64,000 nucleotides of DNA from Bacteroidota bacterium (lineage in GTDB: Bacteria; Bacteroidota; Bacteroidia; 2-12-FULL-35-15). The notes beneath the pieces are model-generated. The model worked only from the letters and a program-made list of their open reading frames with translations. It was not told where the DNA came from and made no database searches. The stretch is taken from the NCBI GenBank assembly GCA_023251835.1, contig JAHEXZ010000017.1:2270-66269 (forward strand), read 5' to 3'. The position numbers and the translations under genes are program-made. This document shows, one piece after another, positions 55,428-64,000 of this stretch; position 1 is the stretch's first letter; every line of letters begins with the position of its first letter.

Positions 55428-57680
55428 ATGAAAAAAAATATATTACTTTCTACATTGGCACTACTTATCGTTACAACCATTAGGGCTCAAATCAATTCAA
55501 ATAAGGATAGTATTCCTATGCGTTTAATCAATCTGAATGAAGTAGTATTTTCAGCTAATAAAGCTGAAGAAAAAAAGTCAGATATACCTTATACAATTGA
55601 TGTTATAAAAATCAAAGATTTGGAATTAAACAATTCGCAGACTTCGGCAGATATGATAACCAATACGGGTAATATCATGGTGCAGAAAAGTCAGGGGGGA
55701 GCCGGAAGCCCAATTATAAGGGGGTTTGAAGCAAACCGTGTTTTGATGGTTATTGATGGGGTACGATTAAACAATGCCATATACCGTGCAGGGCATTTAC
55801 AGGATGTAATTACAGTTGATAACGCAATGCTGGAACGTACCGAAATTATTTACGGCCCCAGCTCTGTGATGTACGGCAGTGATGCACTTGGGGGTGTAAT
55901 GCATTTTTATACAAAAAAGCCTGTATTCGGAGAGGATAAAATAAATTTTAAGCTCAATTCTTATATGCGTTATTCAACTGCAAATAAAGAGCAGACGGGG
56001 CATGTGGATTTTAATTTAGGGTTCAAAAAATTAGCCTCATTAACAAGCATTACATATAGTGATTTTGACGATTTACGTACCGGCTATGCACGTACACCTA
56101 ATCCGGATTTTGGCCGTAATTATTACTATGCAGAAAGGAAGCCGGATAACTTAGGAGATACGATGGTTTATAATACAAATCCTAATATTCAGAAAAACAG
56201 TGGCTATTCACAAACAGATGTAATGGAAAAATTATTATACAAAGCCAATGATAATATTAATATCGGCTTGAATATGCAATACTCTACCTCCTCCACTATT
56301 GACAGGTATGACAGGCTACAGGAATATTCTGGCAGTACTTTAAAATATGCAGAATGGTATTACGGCCCCCAAAACCGATTATTTGCTTCATTATATTCAA
56401 CTATAAAGTTAACCGGGAAATTATTTGACAATTTGCGTATTGCCGCCACCTATCAGGATATTGACCAATCGCGGATAAGCAGAAAGTTTAATAATAGTAA
56501 GAAAACATCCCAGATTGAAAATGTAAAAGTGTATTCATTTAACGCTGATTTCAGAAAAAAAGTAAAAGAAAAACATGAATTAAGCTACGGTCTGGAAGCA
56601 TTACAAAACAATGTTACTTCTAAAGCAACCAGCGTAAATATTTTAACGAATGCAGAAACCCCTTCTGCAACAAGGTATCCGGATGGAGGAAGCACAATGA
56701 TAACAACTGCTGCCTATTTTACCCACAGTTGGGAAATAAATGAACAATTGATTTTATCTGACGGTTTGCGTTATAGTTATAATATTTTAAGCTCTGATTT
56801 TGTTGATACCACTTTTTATCCATTTCCGTTTAAGTCGGCAACACAAAAAAATGGAGCATTAAATGGCAATATGGGGTTAATCATTATGCCCGAAAAAAGT
56901 GTTCGTTTTAATATTTTAGGTTCAACAGGTTATCGTTCGCCAAATATAGATGATATGACTAAAGTATTTGAATCTGTTGGTGGAAATATTATTATTCCTA
57001 ATGAGAAGTTAAAGCCTGAATATGCTTATAATATTGAAGCAGGTTTTAGTATCATGGCATTTGAAGATAAAATAAAATTTGAAGGCAACTATTATTATAC
57101 GTTATTAAAAAATGCTATTGTAACTAAAAATGCACAATATCAGGGCAAAGACTCTATTTATTATAGTGGTGCTATGAGCAGGGTTCAGTCGGCTCAAAAT
57201 GCAGATGAGGCATACTTACAAGGAGTATATGGTGCTATAGTGTCTGACTTGTCAGATTATGTTTCTTTTAAAACCTCATTGACATATACTTTTGGTCAAT
57301 ACTATCAGGAACTAACACCAACTACAAATAATCCCAACCATGATACTATAGTACCTTTAGATCATATTCCCCCCATGTTTGGACAAACAAGCCTGTTTTT
57401 TCATTTAAAAAAATTTGAAAGCCAGGTGTATGCACGTTATAGTGCTGCTAAAGAGCTAAAAGATTACAGCCCGGGTGGAGAGGATAATTTATCACAGGCC
57501 ACTCCCAGTGGTATGCCCGGCTGGGTTACTTTTAATGTAAAAACCGCTTATCATCTAACAAGGCATTTCACCGTTAATTTAGGAGTTGAAAATTTATTTG
57601 ATACACACTATCGCGTATTTGGATCAGGAATTAGTGCGCCAGGCAGGAATATTATGGTTACGGTCAGGTATAAAATATAA
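55428..57680 (+). CDS. TonB-dependent receptor
   Basis: Signal MKKNILLSTLALLIVTTIRAQ. Plug-domain blocks are IIRGFEANRVLMVIDGVRLNNA and YGPSSVMYGSDALGGVMHFYTK. A large beta-barrel ends in NLFDTHYR...GRNIMVTVRYKI. Confidence 0.88.
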   Translation: MKKNILLSTLALLIVTTIRAQINSNKDSIPMRLINLNEVVFSANKAEEKKSDIPYTIDVIKIKDLELNNSQTSADMITNTGNIMVQKSQGGAGSPIIRGFEANRVLMVIDGVRLNNAIYRAGHLQDVITVDNAMLERTEIIYGPSSVMYGSDALGGVMHFYTKKPVFGEDKINFKLNSYMRYSTANKEQTGHVDFNLGFKKLASLTSITYSDFDDLRTGYARTPNPDFGRNYYYAERKPDNLGDTMVYNTNPNIQKNSGYSQTDVMEKLLYKANDNINIGLNMQYSTSSTIDRYDRLQEYSGSTLKYAEWYYGPQNRLFASLYSTIKLTGKLFDNLRIAATYQDIDQSRISRKFNNSKKTSQIENVKVYSFNADFRKKVKEKHELSYGLEALQNNVTSKATSVNILTNAETPSATRYPDGGSTMITTAAYFTHSWEINEQLILSDGLRYSYNILSSDFVDTTFYPFPFKSATQKNGALNGNMGLIIMPEKSVRFNILGSTGYRSPNIDDMTKVFESVGGNIIIPNEKLKPEYAYNIEAGFSIMAFEDKIKFEGNYYYTLLKNAIVTKNAQYQGKDSIYYSGAMSRVQSAQNADEAYLQGVYGAIVSDLSDYVSFKTSLTYTFGQYYQELTPTTNNPNHDTIVPLDHIPPMFGQTSLFFHLKKFESQVYARYSAAKELKDYSPGGEDNLSQATPSGMPGWVTFNVKTAYHLTRHFTVNLGVENLFDTHYRVFGSGISAPGRNIMVTVRYKI

Positions 57681-57877
57681 AAAAGTCATTATCAGAATTT
57701 ATATCGAATTAGATTGTTACGAACTATTTCTCGCAGAGTTTAACTATCTAATATTCATGGAGTTTAAAAATCCTTTTATTTTCCTGTTAAAATTATTTTT
57801 AAATCATTAACTTTACCGCTTAATCAAAAAAAGCAACCATTAAATAATTTCAATTATTATTAAATACTTTATTAAGG

Positions 57878-57885
57878 TATATTTG
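57878..57885 (+). promoter_or_regulatory. candidate -7 box (TATATTTG)
   Basis: Exact TAnnTTTG 27 nt before the ATG at 57913. It overlaps the TTG start at 57883 used by the ORF track, which argues against that start. Confidence 0.35.
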
Positions 57886-57912
57886 ACTGAAAATATTAAA
57901 ATCCGGATACCT

Positions 57913-60630
57913 ATGGAAAAGAAATCTTACAAATACGTTTTGCTTGGTGCGTTTACATTCTTCATACAATCAGAACTAACTTTTGCTCAAAGTGAAAAAC
58001 ATTGTGGAACAACCAAAGCAGATCAAACACTTAAGGCAGCAAATCCTGAACTAATAGAAAAAGAGGCTAATTATAACAAACTATTAGCCCAGGAAATTGA
58101 GAATAAAAAGCAGCAAAAGTCGGCACAGTCATCAGAAACAGTATATAGGATTCCTATAGTGTTCCACATTATCCATCAAAATGGTTCTGAAAACATTTCA
58201 GATGCTCAAATACTTGACCAGGTAGATATCCTTAACAGGGATTACGCCAAGCTGAATGCAGATACATCTCAAATTATTGGAAACACTCCGTTTGATACAT
58301 TGGCAAGAGATATGAAAATTGAATTCCGTCTGGCAAGGATAGACCCGGATGGTAACTGTACTAATGGTATTGACAGGATATACTCTCATAAAACCAATGA
58401 GGCCAGTGATGCAGCTAAACTAAATCCATGGCCAAGAAACAAATATTTAAATGTATGGGTTGTAAAAACAATAGGTGATGCAGGGGTTGCCGGATATGCT
58501 TATTTTCCTTCTGGTGTAGATGCTTCACCCAATATAGACGGAGTTTTGATTTTACACGATTATATTGGCAGTATAGGTACCGGGCAGGTAGGACGCTCTA
58601 GGGCTTTAACACATGAAGTAGGCCATTATCTTAGCTTGTATCATCCATGGGGAGGCACTAATGACCCGGAGGTTGCCTGTGGTGATGATGCAGTAGACGA
58701 TACTCCAATGACAAAAGGGCATCTGTCTTGCAACTTATATACTCCTGTATGTGAGGTAGGGAATTTTGCTAGCCCTTATAATTTCGGCACAGTAACCCCA
58801 ACTTCGGGCACAACAGATACCACTCAGCTACAATCTTCTTTAGGAGTAGATTTCGGACAGTTTTCGGCAGTTGGGGTTTCGGGCAATTCAACTGATTCTA
58901 TGCGTTTTTCGTTTACAGACTGGGATACAGGAGCTCCAGACAGTACAATTTCGTATGATTCTTTAACAGGGAGTATTAATACTTCTAAATATTATGAAGT
59001 TACTGTAACTCCTGCTTATGGTAGCAGCATGACCATGACAGGTCTTACATTCTCTTTCCAGCGTTCAGCTGCAGGAGTAAGAACATATTCAGTACGTTCC
59101 AGTGTTAACGGGTTTGCAAGCAACCTTTCAGCGTCAATTAGCCCTGCAAATAGCAATTTAAATATCAAAGGATCGAATGAATTTTTTATTAATACTGATG
59201 CCACATCTGTTCAGAATGGCAGCAAAATCACATTAAGCGGTTCATCGTATTCTAATATAATTACCCCTATTACCTTCCGTTTTTACGGCTGGAATGCAGA
59301 GGATAGCCTTGGAACCTTCAGTATTGACAATGTAAGTTTTACAGGTTCTGCCGGAACTATAGAAAATACGCAGAACTATATGGATTATTCCTATTGTTCG
59401 GTGATGTTTACAAAAGGACAAAAGGAAAGAATGCGAATAGCATTAGAACAATCGGTTTCGGGAAGAAACAATTTATGGAAAGCCTCTAATCTGGCAGCTA
59501 CCGGAGCTGATGATGCAGGACAGGCTATGGCTGCGTGTATTCCTCATCCTGATTTTTATGCTAATCGTATAGCAATATGTGCCGGTAGTACTATAACTTT
59601 TAGTAAAACTATAACTTTGGGGACAGCAACAAGTACAACATGGACTTTTGATGGGGGCAGCCCGGCTACTTCAACAGCCACCAGCCCGGTTGTTACTTAT
59701 AATACACCCGGAGATTATGCAGTGAAACTTAAAGCAAGTAATTCTTCCGGTTCTGATTCTACAGAAAAACAATATTTTATTCATGTGAGTCAGCCATGGG
59801 TACAATATAATGGGCTTGCATCCGAGAATTTCGAAAGCGCATCCTCTTATTATTGGAACTGGTGGTCAAATAATTATGACAATAATCCTGAAGGTTACTG
59901 GATACATACTACCACTGCAGGTTATAGCGGAACCGGCAGTATGATTATGTATGGTTACGGTAATTATGCCAATGATGTAGATGATTTTATTACCCCACCA
60001 TTTGATTTGTCGTATGTGACTGGTGCATCGCTAACTTTCCGTTGTGCAGCAGCTTCAAAGGCACTTAATTCCACCGATTTAAATGATATATTGAAAATAT
60101 ATACCTCCAACAACTGTGGACAAAGCTGGACATTACGTTCAACATTACAAGGCAGTGCATTAAATAATAATTCCTTTCACCCTGAATACTTTGTACCATC
60201 TTCACCAAGCCAATGGGCATTACAAACTATAACAATACCTAACAGCATCGCTACTGATAATGTTCGCTTTAAATTTGAATATACAACGGGTAATGCGAGC
60301 AATAATATTTATATTGATGATATAAATATTACCGGTACATTGGGAGTTAATGAAAATAGCTCAGATGTTTTAAGCATCTCTATCTATCCTAATCCTGCAA
60401 ATCAAACGGCTGTTGTTTCTTATCATTTAAATAAGAAAGGAAATGTAAAAGTTGAATTGGTAGATTTATTAGGAAAAAAGGTGATGGATATTACTAACAA
60501 TAATCAGGCAGAAGGAGATTATTTTGTTGAACTATCAAAACAGCAATATGCTATCAATAGTGGTATTTATTTTGTAAAACTATCTGTTGATGGTAATACA
60601 ACCACTAAAAAAATAATTTTTACAGAATAA
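57913..60630 (+). CDS. M43 (pappalysin/cytophagalysin-like) zinc metalloprotease with PKD domain and T9SS type A C-terminal domain
   Basis: The zinc site is HEVGHYLSLYH. A PKD-like stretch reads WTFDGGSPATS...PGDYAVKLKASN. The CTD reads IYPNPANQTAVVSYHL...GIYFVKLSVDGNTTTKKIIFTE. Confidence 0.85.
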   Translation: MEKKSYKYVLLGAFTFFIQSELTFAQSEKHCGTTKADQTLKAANPELIEKEANYNKLLAQEIENKKQQKSAQSSETVYRIPIVFHIIHQNGSENISDAQILDQVDILNRDYAKLNADTSQIIGNTPFDTLARDMKIEFRLARIDPDGNCTNGIDRIYSHKTNEASDAAKLNPWPRNKYLNVWVVKTIGDAGVAGYAYFPSGVDASPNIDGVLILHDYIGSIGTGQVGRSRALTHEVGHYLSLYHPWGGTNDPEVACGDDAVDDTPMTKGHLSCNLYTPVCEVGNFASPYNFGTVTPTSGTTDTTQLQSSLGVDFGQFSAVGVSGNSTDSMRFSFTDWDTGAPDSTISYDSLTGSINTSKYYEVTVTPAYGSSMTMTGLTFSFQRSAAGVRTYSVRSSVNGFASNLSASISPANSNLNIKGSNEFFINTDATSVQNGSKITLSGSSYSNIITPITFRFYGWNAEDSLGTFSIDNVSFTGSAGTIENTQNYMDYSYCSVMFTKGQKERMRIALEQSVSGRNNLWKASNLAATGADDAGQAMAACIPHPDFYANRIAICAGSTITFSKTITLGTATSTTWTFDGGSPATSTATSPVVTYNTPGDYAVKLKASNSSGSDSTEKQYFIHVSQPWVQYNGLASENFESASSYYWNWWSNNYDNNPEGYWIHTTTAGYSGTGSMIMYGYGNYANDVDDFITPPFDLSYVTGASLTFRCAAASKALNSTDLNDILKIYTSNNCGQSWTLRSTLQGSALNNNSFHPEYFVPSSPSQWALQTITIPNSIATDNVRFKFEYTTGNASNNIYIDDINITGTLGVNENSSDVLSISIYPNPANQTAVVSYHLNKKGNVKVELVDLLGKKVMDITNNNQAEGDYFVELSKQQYAINSGIYFVKLSVDGNTTTKKIIFTE

Positions 60631-60653
60631 TTAATTTTATCTGCGATAGCAGA

Positions 60654-60694
60654 AAAAGGGAGGTAATTTAAAAATTATCTCCCTTTTTATTTTT
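60654..60694 (+). terminator. Rho-independent terminator after the protease gene
   Basis: aaaagggag (60654-60662) pairs perfectly with ctccctttt (60679-60687). The stem extends inward by gtaat/attat, and a T-rich tail (tatttttag) follows. Confidence 0.7.
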
Positions 60695-60727
60695 AGTCAG
60701 TGTTTGTTTTTGTTAATTAATACCATT

Positions 60728-60798
60728 ACTTATTATATTTTAGTCCAAAATAGTTGATAACTATTTTTTCGTTTATATTGGACTAAAATATAATAAGT
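60728..60798. repeat. 21-bp perfect inverted repeat with 29-bp spacer
   Basis: acttattatattttagtccaa (60728-60748) is the exact reverse complement of ttggactaaaatataataagt (60778-60798). Confidence 0.95.
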
Positions 60799-60817
60799 TG
60801 TCTTTGTAAAAAAAAAC

Positions 60818-61027
60818 ATGTCAGTACCAAAACTATTTACCATCAAGGAAAGCGAAAATAAGATTAAAAAACTAATAAAATCAAGCACTCCTATAATAAG
60901 CAAGCGGTTTCAAGCATTATTAATTTTTAAAAGGCATGAGAAAACCGGTATATCAAAACGTGAAGTTGTAGATGAAATTGGTGTTAATTATTTAAGAAAT
61001 ACTCTGAAGAAAATAGAACATATTTAA
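60818..61027 (+). pseudogene. probable remnant of a transposase N-terminal helix-turn-helix (IS630-like)
   Basis: The 69-aa ORF (...KRFQALLIFKRHEKTGISKREVVDEIGVN...) resembles the HTH start of IS630-type transposases. It stops where the DDE part should follow, and no catalytic domain is present. Confidence 0.4.
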
Positions 61028-61045
61028 GCGTTTTTATTTTCATTA

Positions 61046-63223
61046 TTATATTCTTATGCCCATAACTAGTACATCATCTGTTTGTTGAAAGTGGCCTTTC
61101 CATTCTTTGTGGGTGGCAGCGATAATTTCTTTTTGTTTTTCCATACTGTTATGATAATGATTAGACAATAACTTCTGGAATTTGTGCGCACTAAATTTTT
61201 TTCTTTCATTGCCTCCAAATTGATCTAAATAGCCATCCGTAAACATATATATACAAGTGCCTTTTTCTATTTGAATAACATGGTTAGTAAATTGTATTTC
61301 AGGGACGTTTTTCTTTGTTGTCCGGAAACTGTTTCCGCCAATGGTTTGCCTATCGCCTTTAATAATAGTTATTTCATTGCCTATAAACAGATAGAGAGGA
61401 TTTTTTGCTCCGGCATACTGTAACTCATTGTTTGAAAAGTCAAAACAACACAAAGCGATATCCATACCGTCACGCGACAAAGTTTTGTCTTTCCCCTGTC
61501 GCAATGCCTTATAGATGCCGGTGTTTAAATACAAAAGTATTTCAGATGGCCGGGTAATATGATTTTCATTTACAATTTGGTTTAATAAAGTATTTCCTAT
61601 TATGCTCATAAAAGCGCCAGGAACACCATGACCAGTACAATCAATAGCCGCAAGTATGATTTTGTTCCCTATTTTGGAGTACCAGTAAAAATCTCCACTT
61701 ACAATGTCTTTAGGCTGATAATAAATGAAACTGTCAGGAAACCAATGTTTTATTTCATCTTCTTCGATTAAAATGCTTTGTTGAATATGTTGTGCATAGG
61801 TTATACTGTCAATAATTTTTTCTTTTTGTTTTTCTACGATTTCTTTTTGTTTTTCTACGATTTCTTTTTGTTTAGATACTTCATTTTTTTGAAGTTCAAT
61901 AATGTTCTTTTGTTTATTAGTAATATGTAAAGAACGATAAATAAAACCGGCAAAAATTAATACAAGAAATAGCCCGCTAATAATGGACCACAAAATAATT
62001 TGTTGTTTTTTCTTTTCCGCTTCCTGTTGTGCAATAAGTTTTTCCTGTTCTGCTTTTGCGGCTAATTCGCTTTTACTGAGTTCATAACTCATTTCTTTAC
62101 GTAAGAGTTCATAGTTTTTTGCTTCATTAAAAATAGAGTCTCTTGCAATCATTGATTTTTTGTAATGATCCATTGCTTTTTGATGCTTGCCCATTTGTGA
62201 GTACAATACACTTAAGTATTCGTTAGCATCTTTTATGTCGGCCAGACTTCCAATCTCCTCTGCTATGGATAATGATTTTTTTAGATATTTTTCAGCTTCA
62301 GTATAATTTTTTATAGAAGTATAAAGGGAGCCAATATTTCCCATTTTAATAGCAATTCCATTTTTATTACCTAACTCTTCATCTATTTTTAAAGCTTTAG
62401 AATAAAAGTTAAGAGCAGCGAAATAATTTTTCTTTGCATTATAAACGCTGCCAATATTACCAAGATCGCCAGCAATAATTTTTTTATTATCTAATTCTTG
62501 CGCTATTTCCAGTGATTTAAAATAATATTCTAATGCAGCATCATATTCTCCTAAGTTATCATGGATGATCCCAATATTGCCAAGGCTATTAGCAACTCCA
62601 CTTTTGTCGTCAAGAAGCTCAGATATTTTTAATGCTTTGGAGAAATAATTAAGGGCTTTCAGGTAATCTTTTTTATATTTATAAATAATTCCGATATTGT
62701 TACAAACGGAAGCAATTCCTTTTTTATCATCCATTTTTTCTGAGATATTCAATGCTTTAAAATAATATCCTAAGGATTTAGGATAATCTCCCTGTCGACA
62801 AAACACAACACCAATATTTCCAAGCCATCGAACAATGAGCTTTTTATCTCCGATCTCTTCAGCAATTTTTAGCGTTTTGAAATAATAATCCAGTGCTTTA
62901 GGATAATCTCCCAATTCGTAGTACGCGTTAGCAATATTGCCGTAAGCACCTACAATACCCTTTTTAAAGCTAAGCTGTTCTGCCAATTGTAATGCATCAT
63001 TTCCATAATGCATAGCAGAATCATAGAGCCCGGCTCTAATATATTCCCAGCATAACTTGTATGAATGGATTACTTTATTGGTATCTGCTTTATCCGTTTT
63101 TAACAGAGTAAGAAGGGAATCAATATTTTTATTTTGCGAAAAGGCCTCACAGTAAGTACCACTCCACAGGAGAGGACAGAGGTAAAGAAAAAGGATAAAG
63201 GAGATTTTATAATTTTTTTTCAT
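61046..63223 (-). CDS. TPR-repeat sensor with transmembrane helix, coiled coil and PP2C/SpoIIE phosphatase domain
   Basis: About 8 TPRs of the type G(N)IG..Y...DY.KAL.YY.KAL.I.E. One TM (IILWSIISGLFLVLIFAGFIY). The SpoIIE part reads SGDFYW...AIDCTGHGVPGA...FTDGYLDQFGG...DDVLVMGIRI. Confidence 0.88.
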   Translation of the reverse strand: MKKNYKISFILFLYLCPLLWSGTYCEAFSQNKNIDSLLTLLKTDKADTNKVIHSYKLCWEYIRAGLYDSAMHYGNDALQLAEQLSFKKGIVGAYGNIANAYYELGDYPKALDYYFKTLKIAEEIGDKKLIVRWLGNIGVVFCRQGDYPKSLGYYFKALNISEKMDDKKGIASVCNNIGIIYKYKKDYLKALNYFSKALKISELLDDKSGVANSLGNIGIIHDNLGEYDAALEYYFKSLEIAQELDNKKIIAGDLGNIGSVYNAKKNYFAALNFYSKALKIDEELGNKNGIAIKMGNIGSLYTSIKNYTEAEKYLKKSLSIAEEIGSLADIKDANEYLSVLYSQMGKHQKAMDHYKKSMIARDSIFNEAKNYELLRKEMSYELSKSELAAKAEQEKLIAQQEAEKKKQQIILWSIISGLFLVLIFAGFIYRSLHITNKQKNIIELQKNEVSKQKEIVEKQKEIVEKQKEKIIDSITYAQHIQQSILIEEDEIKHWFPDSFIYYQPKDIVSGDFYWYSKIGNKIILAAIDCTGHGVPGAFMSIIGNTLLNQIVNENHITRPSEILLYLNTGIYKALRQGKDKTLSRDGMDIALCCFDFSNNELQYAGAKNPLYLFIGNEITIIKGDRQTIGGNSFRTTKKNVPEIQFTNHVIQIEKGTCIYMFTDGYLDQFGGNERKKFSAHKFQKLLSNHYHNSMEKQKEIIAATHKEWKGHFQQTDDVLVMGIRI
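61819..61873 (-). repeat. in-frame 21-bp tandem repeat, 2.6 copies
   Basis: tttctttttgtttttctacga x2 plus a partial copy. It encodes KQKEIVE-KQKEIVE-KQKEK in the coiled-coil linker. Confidence 0.95.
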
Positions 63224-63306
63224 GCGTATAGAATCTGTTTTTAGTTGCCACATGAAGTACGCCATATCCATTTTGGGGTTGGTATACCTTTAAGGTAAAG
63301 GCTATT

Positions 63307-63627
63307 TCATTTGAATTCATAATCCCTTTCCACTAAACAGATTCTTGTTTTATACTGCTTATACCAGGCTGTCTGACCCTTATGCTGGGCGATTAAATGT
63401 TCTGTATTCAATTTCCATTTTTTGATGGATGCGAGGTCTTTCCAATAAGAAACAGTAATACCTAATTTATCCCTTGCGGATTCCATTCCAAGGAAACCTT
63501 CTTGTTGTTTTGCCAACTTTCTAATTTGTGTGGCCATATCAGCATATCCCTGATCATTTCCAGTTTGTTCAGAGGTGAAAATTACAGCGTAATATGGAGG
63601 CGAGGGAGTATTTGCAAAATCTGACAT
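63307..63627 (-). CDS. antibiotic-biosynthesis-monooxygenase (ABM/Dabb-fold) domain protein
   Basis: 106 aa. The pattern YYAVIFTS...GFLGMESARD...ITVSYWKDLASIKKWK is typical of ABM-domain proteins. Confidence 0.7.
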   Translation of the reverse strand: MSDFANTPSPPYYAVIFTSEQTGNDQGYADMATQIRKLAKQQEGFLGMESARDKLGITVSYWKDLASIKKWKLNTEHLIAQHKGQTAWYKQYKTRICLVERDYEFK

Positions 63628-63647
63628 AGTTGTAAATAAAAGGTAGA

Positions 63648-63700
63648 TATACTGACCCTATCCTGCTTTGCTAATCGCAAACCCGGTAAGATTCAGTATA
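63648..63700 (+). repeat. dispersed hairpin repeat, module-2-only copy
   Basis: tatactgaccctatcctgctttgctaatcgcaaacccggtaagattcagtata abuts the atpG stop codon. Confidence 0.8.

Positions 63701-64000
<300 letters not shown>

Noticed and set aside
57586-57810. A 74-aa ORF overlapping the end of the TonB-dependent receptor gene.
   Set aside because: It is an out-of-frame overlap with a well-supported gene and then runs into AT-rich spacer. It has no recognisable features.

Overview
This 64-kb, AT-rich window looks like a Bacteroidota chromosome segment. The evidence is T9SS type A and type B C-terminal sorting domains, a PorP/SprF gene, several exact TAnnTTTG -7 boxes, and no Shine-Dalgarno signals.

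Housekeeping genes sit on both flanks: neutral ceramidase (partial), an OmpA/TSP3 protein, atpD-atpC, ribF, a TPP riboswitch followed by thiS-thiC, metF, an ABC-F ATPase, a rhomboid protease, a TonB-dependent receptor, an M43 protease, a SpoIIE phosphatase and atpG (partial).

The centre (about 16.2-51.6 kb) is a run of ten genes, all on the minus strand, that forms a cell-surface island. In transcription order it holds:
- a small type-B-CTD protein
- PorP/SprF
- a TPR/beta-propeller/OmpA protein
- a 1195-aa type-B cargo
- an LRR protein
- three giant type-B cargo proteins of 1776, 4653 and 1709 aa

The most notable items are:
1. A duplicated two-gene cassette. A roughly 150-aa secreted protein of unknown family sits directly upstream of a giant adhesin, and both adhesins carry the same 14-Cys N-terminal head domain.
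2. The architecture of the 14-kb gene, which contains three copies of a roughly 2.4-kb super-repeat (seven ~90-aa A units plus one ~166-aa B module).
3. A dispersed double-hairpin intergenic repeat family.
4. Two GC-rich hairpins inserted in frame inside thiC.
5. A secreted protein that fuses a CxxCH motif to a PHM/DBH-like copper monooxygenase.

I saw no rRNA, tRNA, CRISPR array or intact mobile element. All calls come from reading the sequence and the translations by eye, and no database search was run.
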